Of a stretch of 64,000 nucleotides of DNA, positions 47,101-57,900 are shown piece by piece; the stretch's first letter is position 1; every line of letters begins with the position of its first letter. The notes under the pieces were generated by a model. That model was not told where the DNA came from. It saw only the letters and a list, made by a program, of their open reading frames with translations, and did no database searches. Position numbers and translations under genes: made by a program. Location of the stretch: positions 2,088,230-2,152,229 of the forward strand of contig CAJINV010000006.1 of NCBI GenBank assembly GCA_905178155.1, in the 5' to 3' direction. The DNA is from Amoebophrya sp. A120. Its lineage: Eukaryota > Protista > Dinoflagellata.

Positions 47101-50100
47101 CCAGTGCAAATATGTCTGGGTCTGGAACCTTGTGATGCTAAAATCTTACTGATGGGCGCACTGCAACGGGCAGCCAAGCATGACAAATCTCTCGGCTGGT
47201 GCTATTGTGTTTCGTTTTCCGCATGACAAGCTGCGTTTTTGCATGACTGACAGGAAGCCTGTTGCCTGCTTATGCATCACAGATTTATGAGTCATGCCAG
47301 ACAAGCATGACAAACTCGCACTCTTCCAGACCCAGACATATTTGCATTTGATACGACCCAAACTGCATCAACTTCCTCGGAACGCGGGTGGTTTTCACGT
47401 ATGGAAGCGTCAGGTTTGAAATCGTCAAAGTTGAAATAATTTGCAATGCATAAAATGCGACACAGAAAGTGACTCTATTGCAGAGGACCCACGGGAGGCA
47501 GATTATAGTCCTGGTAAGGGTCAAAAGTTGAACTGCCAACTAGCATGACAGAGGGCAGCTCTTTTGCCCTAAACCGCATGACAGACTCGCTTCCAGGACC
47601 GGGAAAATTTGTCATGCACCGACTACAAACTGTAGGTCTAACTGGTATGCGTTTTGTGCATGACAAACTATTTCAACTTTGACGATTTCAAACCTGACAC
47701 ATCCATATCACGGACAACGAAAATAATGGCTCACCATCTTCTCACGGACAGAAGTTTATCCACACATATTTGGAGTTCATTCCCGGCGGCACGATCTCGG
47801 ATTTGGTCCAGACGTTTGGCTATGGAATGCAAAAGTATCGTATTGGTAGTGGTACTGCAATCATGGATTACAAATCTTTTTCGTGAGGTGAATCAGCATT
47901 ACAAATTTTAATTTTATTTCTCATGCTATAGAAATAGAAATTTGTAATGCATTTTTTATACGAGTGCGAGACTTTTGCAATGCATATTGGCCGGATCGAG
48001 GACAAGTTTTTGCTCCGTTCCTTGACCTACCAGGTGACTTTGGGGCTGCAGTACTTGCACAAGAAGGGGGTCGTCCATCGGGATCTGAAGGGATCGAACG
48101 TGCTGCTAACCGTGTATGAATTGCAACCGTAGCGTACTCCTGCTACTCGTATAAATGCATTACAAATTTCGATTTCCTCAGCACGAGAAAGAAAATTTGC
48201 AATGCTGATTTACCTTAAGAAAAAGATTTGTAATGCATGACTGCAAAAATACGAGCACGATACCGATACTTTTGCACAGGATACCGTGTCCGGCGAAGCG
48301 ATTCTGTCCGACATGGGGATATGGAGGCGTCAGGTTTGAAATCGTCAAAGTTGAAATTACTATCTATTATATTCATGCGAAAAAAGAGGTCTACAGAGGG
48401 TCGACGGGAGGTGGCCGAGAGGTCAAAAAGAGGCCACAAGAGGTCAAAAAGAGGTCGACAGAGGTGGAGAGGTGGCGCGGGAGGTCATTCGAGAGGGTGG
48501 CCGAGAGGGGGCGCGGGTATAGCCGGCCGAACCGTTCACCCGAAAGCCGCGCCTATAGGGACCAGAGGGGGCTGAGAGGGTCCCGAGAGGGTAAGCGATA
48601 GGGGGATAGGGGTGCCGAGAGGTTGTGCGAATAAGGGCGAACCTCTCGCGCACCCTCTGGGCCACCTCTCGGCCACCTCTGTAGACCTCTACCGGCGAGT
48701 ATAGCCGGACTATTAGCAACACCTCTCGGGAGAGGTCAAGAAGAGGGCTTGCGAAAGGGTAAAAAAGACCCGAAGCCGCCCGGCACGCGGCCGATTTTGT
48801 TGGGACTGTTTCATGGCGCAGGCCCACACCTCTTGCGCTACCCTCTCGCGCACCCTCTCGCGCACCCCCTCGCGCCACCCTCTCGCGCTAACCGCTCGCG
48901 CCAACAGTTTCCGCCGGGAAGCCAGTTGGGAGGGCGGGGGCGGGTGTGTATGTGATCAACAGAGGGCAGCGCGGTCCCAGTTCTGCTTCGGCACCTATGC
49001 CGAGGCGGCTTCTCTTCGCCCCCGAGCTTCGTTGCAGCTGCTCCCTGCGCATAGCGCCTGAAGGCGCGGGAAGTGCGCAGGAGGCCCTGCGGGTTGACAT
49101 AGCGCAAACCGGCGCCAGTACTTCCTTCGACCTATCACGCTGTCCGTAAACTAAAGCCCTGTCGCTGCGGCCCGATCCGCAAATAGTCCTGCCCCGCCCC
49201 AACAGCCTTGCGCCCCGGCGTCAGCCGGGGCATGGCTGGTAGTTTGTCATGCATAAAATGCAGCCCTCAGAGTACCTGTCTTGCAGAGTAGGCAAGTGTG
49301 GCAGATTGCAAGCCTGTTGAGGAGAAGAAACTGAGCAGCTAAAGTAGCACGACACAAGGCGTCTTTCTTACCCAAACAGCATGACAAACTGGGTTTCGGC
49401 TCTACCCAAATTTGTCATGCGCCACTTAGAAACTGGGTCACTACTTTTATCCATTTTATGCATTACAAGTTATTTCAACTTTGACGATTTCAATCCTGAC
49501 GCTTCCATAGGGGACGGCGTTTATCGCGGTATCACAGTGCACAAGAACTCCCCGTCGTCCCCCTCATTTGTACTCATATCGTATGGACAGCAATACGAAC
49601 ACCACACCAGGTGGACGCTATGCATGACAAGTTCATAGCCTGAGTGTAGTGAGGTTCAGTAGTGTTCCCAAATTTGTGATGCAGACAGCGCCACAGACTA
49701 GCAACTGGATTTGACATTTTCGCATGACAAATGACCATGAGGGGGACGCAGAGCAGTTGTGCACTTTCATACGCGGGGAGCAAAAACGCAAATTTCTATG
49801 CGGGAGCGACTTTGTCCGCATTTCAGGGAAATGGGCGGGGTGGGAACAATAAACGGAACTCGCTGACCATACCCGGAAGTGGTCAACATTCGCAGCAAGA
49901 CAAAGACCAATTGGAGGAAACCATGCAGAATTTACTAAACGAGACCACCAACCAACTAGGGCAGTCCGCCACGATACTGATGCAAACCATGTGCGGCTCC
50001 ATTCCCTGGATGGCTCCTGAAGTGTTAACCGGAAACAACACCGGTCAGAGCAATGCTGCTTCGGGCTACAAGAAAACCGCAGATATTTGGTCTCTAGGGG

Positions 50101-50480
50101 GCTTAATCATCGAGATGGCCTCCGGATCGCCGCCCTGGAGTGAGAAGAAATTCGACAACCCGATAGCGCTGATGATGGCGCTCAGTATGGGCAAGGGGAT
50201 ACCAGGATTGCCGGAAGACAACAGCGCGCTCGGGGAATTCCACTTCAACAGCGAGAGTTTTTTCGAGGACGAAGAGGATGAAGAAGAGTATCACGGTGCA
50301 ACCGGTGGTGACGCAGCCACCATATCTCCGGGCGCAAAGTTCCTCCAGGACTGCTTCCACCGAGATGCGGCCTTGCGCCCAAGCTGCACCGAACTGCTAG
50401 ACTATGACTTCATCCGAGATATGCGAGATCTGCACTACAGACCTGTTTTGATCACTTCGCCGTTAAATGTAGATCTTTGA
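44185..50480 (+). CDS. Ser/Thr protein kinase, STE11/MAP3K-like, probably N-acylated
   Basis: After removing 12 introners: IGKGSHGTVY, IACK, KEVDLLQRLNHPNCINFLG, LEFIPGGTI, HRDLKGSNVLL, DMG, GSIPWMAPE, ADIWSLG, RPSCTELL. N-terminus is MGCNQS. Confidence 0.92.
44852..45065. mobile_element. Introner family C
   Basis: TIR; DR cagga/cagga; similar to 37444-37654. Confidence 0.9.
45440..45598. mobile_element. Introner family B (degenerate)
   Basis: TIR ta.gcattgcaaa; DR eroded; frame restored. Confidence 0.72.
45676..45967. mobile_element. Introner family E
   Basis: TIR tatcctgag.aaaa.cgtcccc; DR ctcgt/ctcgt. Confidence 0.9.
46000..46304. mobile_element. Introner family H (related to D)
   Basis: TIR tatgaaagcctcag..tggaaatcctcaaagtggaaataat; DR ccacg/ccacg. 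Confidence 0.92.
46430..46693. mobile_element. Introner family A
   Basis: TIR; DR ggagc/ggagc. Confidence 0.9.
46906..47056. mobile_element. Introner family B
   Basis: TIR tatgcattgcaaaaga; DR gatga/gatga. Confidence 0.92.
47098..47353. mobile_element. Introner family A
   Basis: TIR; DR ccacc/cgacc; splits kinase HPN. Confidence 0.9.
47400..47707. mobile_element. Introner family D
   Basis: TIR; DR tcacg/tcacg. Confidence 0.92.
47821..47986. mobile_element. Introner family B
   Basis: TIR; DR ttggc/ttggc. Confidence 0.9.
48115..48283. mobile_element. Introner family B
   Basis: DR ccgtg/ccgtg. Confidence 0.9.
48320..49509. mobile_element. Introner family D carrying Helitron-like insert
   Basis: TIR tatgga.gcgtcagg.ttgaaatcgtcaaagttgaaat; 4-bp DR ggga. 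Confidence 0.88.
48357..49239 (+). mobile_element. Helitron-like non-autonomous element, copy 3 (diverged), nested in a family D introner
   Basis: Starts ttactatctatt; hairpin gccccggc-gtca-gccggggc at 49212-49231; ends CTGG; site gttgaaa|tagtttg, empty site in 18078-18387. Confidence 0.75.
49529..49771. mobile_element. Introner family I
   Basis: TIR tat.a.agtgcacaa; DR cgcgg/cgcgg. Confidence 0.88.
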
Positions 50481-51940
50481 CGCTTGATCAAGAACATGAG
50501 GGAATAAATAAGTAACGCGCTCGCATTACTCGCCCGAGAAGGTCAAGGTTCCTTTTGAAGTAAGTAAGTACGTAGATCTTTCCGGACAGCTTCTAATATC
50601 CTGAGCTGGCTATTAAAAGTTTAAGTTTTACTTGAGAACACTAGAAGCACATAGATCCTCACAACAAGTTCTTCGCAAATGATATATGATAATGAACGTC
50701 TGCACCAGCTTCAGCTTGTCGCTTTTATGGTACCAGCTCGTTCTTGGAATGAAATATGCGAATAGCGAATGCAAAAATGAAGTCGCTACAGCAAAAAACA
50801 AATTAAAAACGCGATCGGGATGATGAATTGAAGGATCGAGGTCTACTCGTCGATCTCCACCGAGGATGGGAGGAGCTACTTCATACTTCACGTGTGGTCC
50901 TCTTCCTCTGCTGTGGCAAAAATCCGTGAAATAAATCTTCTACATCGTGGTCTTTTGTTTTCCAACGTGATTGAGGGGTCGAAAACATGATAAAGAGCCG
51001 AGATATAGAAGTTCTACTTTGGTCCGTCTTAGAAGAAGTACAGGGGATGATGATCTTCTATCTACGGAGATGAGTAGAGGTTGATCTGAAGCGGAAAATT
51101 AAATCCACGTACTAGCAGTCTGTGTAGTTGACGAAAATGAATTTAAAAGTCTTGCTCTTCAAGTACTCTTCGCGAAAATTAGGTCGAGGAACTGCAGACT
51201 TGGATCTTGAGTTCAATTTCGAAGGGGTCCTTGATTAGAGGTAAAAGTAGAGTAAAAAAACACACCGTACTCAGAATCAGCAGCACGCAACATCGGGGCT
51301 TTAGTTGCATTTCGTGACAAAGAACAAGGATATCTTCGATAACTTGAACTTATTCAGCTGGTTCTTTCTGAGGGCAGTTCATCTCTAGTAATGCTAATAC
51401 GGGACGACGACATGACGGATTTCACAAAGCGATAAGGACCTCCTGGTGTATGATTTATTAGAAAGCGACTAATTTTTTATGCAAGCAGTTGACGACGCAA
51501 AGAGACTCATTCTTGTCTCCTCGATACGGGAAACTACTCCTGCCAAAATGTTGATGCGCGACAACTATTTCCCCTAGAGGAAGAAGCCCCTAGCTTTTTT
51601 TTTCCCTACGTAAGAGTCTTCGAGGACACGACCGGCCTTCCGGGGAGACGAGGAAAAAGAGCGCCTGATATATTGTTTCACACAAGTTGAAAAGTCTTAG
51701 TCGCACATAATTGCTGAATTAGTGAAGTACACCAAATCTTCTAGAACCGCAGAAGGGGGACGAGCTTCTAGCGTGCTACGGGACAACGAGTTACTTTAGA
51801 ATACAGATTAGGTTCTTTACATACTTTTTCAACATATTACTTTCTATCCTTTACCTTGAGTTGTTGTCTGATCTCATACACAACTCTCCTTTCTGTTTCT
51901 ACACTACCCTCACACCACCACCGCTTATATCCTACACAAG

Positions 51941-54900
51941 ATGGAAGTCCGTCCGAAGGAGCGGATGAACATTTCCGCCGCGTACCACATGGCGATGACG
52001 CACGCCGAAGAAGGCATGCAGCCCATGGCGGTGCCGCTCCCCCAGAACTTCAGCTCGTTCGAAGAGGCGGTAGAAAAGGCGGAGACCTTCCAATATCCTG
52101 AGCAAAAACGTCCCCAACCCATAGTCAAGTTGGTAAATCTGCAACACAAATCGCCCAGCTTTGGAAGTTGTGCATGACAAGTTTCCGTCTGTAGTATAGT
52201 GTTGCTTAGCAAGGAAAGCCGCATGAGAAAGCCAATCTCTCATCATATTTACAGCATTACAAATGCCAAATCACGATTTGAAACGCCTCTCGTCATGGGA
52301 ATGCGCATTACAAATGTTCCTGTCGTTGCGCATTTGCATTACAGCCTTGGGGTGGGGACGTTTTTGCTGTGGATATCCAAGACGCGGTGATCTGGCAGTA
52401 CCACCAAGCGAAGAAGCGAAAGGTCATCGCCAAGGGCGTGCCGCCGCGGCAGACCGGGCTGGTAATAAACGGCATCGGGCAGGAAAAAATCGAGGACATC
52501 TCAATGGAAAGCTACGCCCTGACCTCCATTTGCGCAAAGCCGAGATCAAACGGCGCCGCTGACGCACCCTCCGAATTTAGAAAAATGGCACAGGACATGC
52601 GGGCGGGGAGATTGAGAACGAGGAAAAGGAAGTTTCCCAGCAGAAAATTCCGTATTGTTATTGATTGTTTCTACGTACAATTTTTGTTACAGCGGCATTT
52701 TGGGTGGTTTGCGTTTGGTTGTTTGCATGACAAACCGCTCTTCCTTGATTGTCGTGTCACAACCAGAAACTACTTTGTGATGCATATACTCAATAGTTCT
52801 TTCATTATCGTTATCGTTATCAAGCAGCGCGTCAAATAATGATAGAATCCAAAAGCAAAATAAATCAAAAACATCACAGAGGACAAGGACATTCTAGACG
52901 GCAACATCTCCTCCGACTCCGAGGGCCACCCGGGGTACGGCTCTGACAAGGAAAAGGAACGGGCCCGTGGTGACTACATTGCGCAACAAAAAGCCCAGCA
53001 GGGCTTAAACAAGGCGTATGTGAGGCCGAATCGACACAGCAGCATGTCCTCCCGAGACGGGTCGGATTCCGGTTTTCTGTCCGTCGGCGCGAGTCCCATG
53101 AGCTACCTGCAAACCCCGGACCGGACGCCGGAGAGTGAATTTGGGAGAACGCCCGGCACGAATATGGATTTTTATCCCACGAAAAAACTGTTTCACTGTG
53201 GTGCTTTTGCAAGATCTGCATCACAAGTTTGTATACACATGTCACGGAAATAAATTTGCCATGCGCGCTTTCCAAGGGAAAACAGGCTTCAAAATCCAGA
53301 ATGTCTTGCAAGTGTAGCAAGACAAACACTTTGGTGCTTCGTTCTCTGCATCACAAGTTCACAGGGAAACAGTTTATTTTCCTTGCGATAATTGTACCGG
53401 GGGAAATAGCAGCATGATGGCGTTGACAAACGACGCACACAGCGACGCGGGCGACAGCGTGGATAACCAGAGCTTGGCGCTGAGTATTTCTTATTGCAAT
53501 CATGCATTACAAATCTTTTTCTTGAGGTAGATCAGCATTAGAAATTTCAGTTCTCATGCTGAGGAAATTTGTAATGCATTTATTATACACATGAAACTAT
53601 CAGGCCAACTCGCGGCGGGTGATGGGAAAGTAGCCTACAACAAGAGAAAATTCGCCGCGCAAAAAGCCGAGCGCGTATGCATCACAAAAGTATCGTACTA
53701 GTAGAAATCGCATTACAAGTTCGGTCAGCATGACAAGAGGAATCTGTCATGCTAATTTACCTACACAACTAGATTTATAATGCATACCTACACAACTAGA
53801 TGATGATGATGATGATGATGATGATGCATAAACGCGATTAGTACGAGCGCGATAGTTTTGTAATGCATAACGGGAAGCCGCGAATAAAATCTTGGCGGCC
53901 CAGAAGAACGGGTTTGGCAAACAGCAGTTTTTGATTGACCACAGAACACCGACGAGACTGACGGAAATCCTGGAGCATAGTACTAAATGTGGTTTTCATA
54001 ATTGCTATTGCTCTGTAAAAAATGCTGGCGTGGTAATAAGGCAATAGGAGTGACGAGAACTTGTGAAGTAGATGTTGATCATGCACAGCATGCCAGCGCT
54101 GTTGTTCTTGTTGTATTTTTGCATGACACCGAAAATAAGAAATTCCGACACTTCAAGAATAGAGAACAAATAAATCGATTTTGTTCATCATTTAATCAAA
54201 CCCACTTTATCAACAACAAACAGACAAGAGAATCGACAAGCACCCCCTCCCTGTGATTACCATCATCCTCCCGCCCCGCGCTTCCTCCCTCATCAACATT
54301 TGCAACTGCATGCCGTTTATCAACGGCAAATATGTCAGTCTGGGTCTCGAAGCTTGTGATGCTGAAGTATGCATAAGTCAGCTGCTTTCAAGTGCAGCCA
54401 AGCATGACAAGTTTAGTTGACACCGTCTGATTCGTAGCACGCATGACAAACTGCTTGGTCGCATCTCAAAAAAGTGGCGCCTTTGCTGGCTGTATGCAAC
54501 ACAGATTTTTCAGGAATGCAAGACATGCAACACAGATTCCACTTTTCCAGACCCAGACATGTTTGCAACTGCATGCCGTTCTTCGAAGAGCACAAGTGGA
54601 CCCCGTTAACCCGACAGGAGAAGATGTTTTTTAACAGCTACCGTATCAACTGCAAATATATCTGGGTCTGGAAGAGTGTAAACTTGTCATGCAGGTTTTC
54701 TATGACCCACGAGGTCTGGAATGCGGGACCTAGCATGACAGACTCTGTGAGGTCTCTGCCATGCCTATCCTGCATGAGAAACTCCCTCCCAACGTGCTCG
54801 AAAGTGGACAGCTCTTGGCACTCATGCAACACAGACTTTTGTAAGATTCAGATTTAGCATGACAAGTTGCACCCTTCCAGACCCAGACATTTTTGCATTT

Positions 54901-57900
54901 GATATACCGCACGCCGAAACACTTCGAAAAGGCGCTGTTCAACAAAAAACACAAATTCCGGATCCAATTTGTGGACAACGCGAGTCAAATCGAGAACTGG
55001 CTCTCCGTATCAAATGTAAAAATGTCTGGGTCTGGGAACTTGTGATGCTGGGTAGCGTCTCATGATGAGGCTACAAATGCTGGCTCAGCATGAAAAGTTT
55101 CTGAGCTCCTAGGTGTTGCCTATTCTGCATGACAAACTGCGCTTCTGCATCACAGAAAAGCGCAGCTTTTGGGTAACGTGCATGCCAGATTTCAGAGTCA
55201 TGCCAGGCAAGCATGACAAACATGAATTCTTCCAGACCCAGACATTTTTACAGGTGATACTCCGTTTGTGCAGTGTTTCTGGACCCGAAGATGGAAAACG
55301 ACTGGCAGCTGAACGAGTACCCCTTCGCGAAGCACGTCCACTTGTTCACGGCGGTTAGAGGGTTTTTCGTAAACCATGAGAAAGCGCCGGTGAAGAGCAC
55401 GATCTGCGCGAACTGCGACCTGAAGGAGTTAACCTTGCCGCAATCCGTCCGCTATCCTGTGCAACAGTATCGTACTCGTACCAATGCAAGTTTAGCATTA
55501 CAAATCTTGTTTCCATGGCAAATCTGCATTACAAATTTTATTTCTCATGCTGACGAAGTTTGTCATGCATTTATACGAGTACGATACTTTTGCACAGGAT
55601 ATCCGCCACAAGGACGACCAAGTATTGGCGAACTTCTGGCTGGAAATGGAGCGATTTCTGCAAACGATATGAAAGCCTCCGGTTGGAAATCCTCAAAGTG
55701 GAAATAATTTGCAATGCAAAAAACCACTCCAGTTGAAGCGCCACTTCTAGGCGGCGCATGACAAATTCCCCGGGCATCTCAAAGTATGTCTGTCATGCGG
55801 GTTAACGCAAAGGGGTGGTCTTCTCTCGTGCTAATCAGCATTCCAAGTCTGAACCCGTAGAAGGACAATAGGCGGCCTCCATTGCGTCCCCTGCAATACA
55901 GTCTTTTTTGCGTCGCATTTCATGCATCACAAATTATTTCCACCTTGAGGATTTCCATTCTGAGGCTTTCATAAACGAGAAGTCACATGGCGTACATGCA
56001 GCCGAATTTGAAGTTGATTGACGCGGCAAGCGTGAAGCGGGTGGTGCCCAAACCCGACTGGACGGAGCAGCAGAAGAAGGAGTTTGAAGAGCGGGTCGAA
56101 TCCAACAAACAGCTGCAACTGACCATCACGCACAACAATTTGGAAAACTCCGGGGCGGGCGTGATGGAGGTGGATAAGTCCAGGCCGCTGATTACCGAAA
56201 CGATTGACAAAAATTTACTCATCGTCGACAAGGAATCCCTAGTATCCTGTGCAAAAGTATCTGATACTCGTATTGCAATCATGCATTACAAATTTTTTTC
56301 TCAAGGTAAATCTGCATTACAAATTTCACTTCTCATGCTGAGGGAGTTTGTGATGCATTTATAGATACGAGTGCGATACTTTTGCAGTTCATACCTGAAC
56401 CCCCGGTTCTACCGACCTGATTTCGACCTGCAGCGAAAGCGAATGGGGAAACCAACCCTGGCGGAGGAGCAGCAGGCCCTACCGATCGCTCTGAAGCAAA
56501 AGATCGAGAAGGGAGAGAAGTTGACGCAAAAAGAGTTGAACGATTTGAACAAGGAGGGAAAAGTATTCCGAGGAAAAACGTCCCCACCTATCCAGAGTCA
56601 TCAACTTGGGAAGTCTGCTAGACAAATCAACAAGCTTTGCTTGCTGCGCATGACAAATCTAACGAAGGCTCGCCGTAATGTAGTCCGATGTTTAGCTTCT
56701 AGCTCAGAAGCTGCATCACAGATCTAGCCTATCATGCTGATTCGAGCATCGCAATAAATCATCTCAAAACACGACTAGAATAAAACTATGCTTCTCAGCA
56801 TGGGGCTCCGCATGACAAATATTTTCAGCATGCAGATTTGCATGACAAGTACGAGGTGGGGACGTTTTTGCACAGGATAGAAAGTGCCGGATTTCGATGC
56901 GGAGGATGAAAACGGCTTCGACTGGGCGGCACAGCCGATTGCCGCACACACCTTGGACATCGGCGCCGGGCGGCAGATATCAATTGCAACTATGTTGTCC
57001 GGGTCTGGATGAACACAGCTCAGGTGTTTGTCAAGCTGTCTCTGCTTGACTCTGAAGGTCTGGCATGCAAGCCCTAGCACGAACACAGGTTTTTGCAAGG
57101 CCTGCCAATGCGTGATCCGCATGACAAACTTCCGCTTTGTTCGGTGACAAGAAATAACGGGATAGTTTTCTTGCTGTTTATGCATGACAGATGATTTTCC
57201 TGTGATCTAAAATGCGCATCACAAGTCTGCATGTCTACTCCAGACCCAGACATATTTGCGATGCATAGGAGGTCAAGATGCACATCAACGACGAGGAGGA
57301 CAAGACGAAATTTGACAAACAGATCATGAAGCTGATCGAAGACGTATTATTTGGCTTCTGATTTTTTTTCGATAGTTTCAATTTGTCAAACGACCCTTGT
57401 TTGATTGTATTTTCATGCTATTAATTTTTGAACAACTCCCATATACAACACAACATCATAAACAGTGCATCCTCAAGAAGAAGAAGGAGGACAACAGACC
57501 GGAGTTTATCGGAAAGAAAACCAAATAGCTTGGCACCTCCCAATAGCAGCTCCTTTCCTTCTTCATCTTCGTCTTGCATTTGTTCAAACTTGTAAAATTG
57601 TCATGCACCTTATGCAATGTAAATTTCCTGTACATGTACAGAATGCATGACAGATTTCGCTAACTTGCTGTGTCCAACTTGTCATGCTACACTAGGATTG
57701 AAGGCAAGTTTTGTCATGGAGAGACTGCATTTGTACATGTACAGGAAATTTACTGTGGATACACCTAGTAATTCTATATTCATCTCCGGTGCTTTTTTGT
57801 ACCAGTACAACCGTGTGACTGAACGCAGATGTTGAAAAAAAGAGAACAAGGCTCTTCTAGGAACAAGCCCTGGGAGGTGATGATTTTTTCCCCTGTACAC

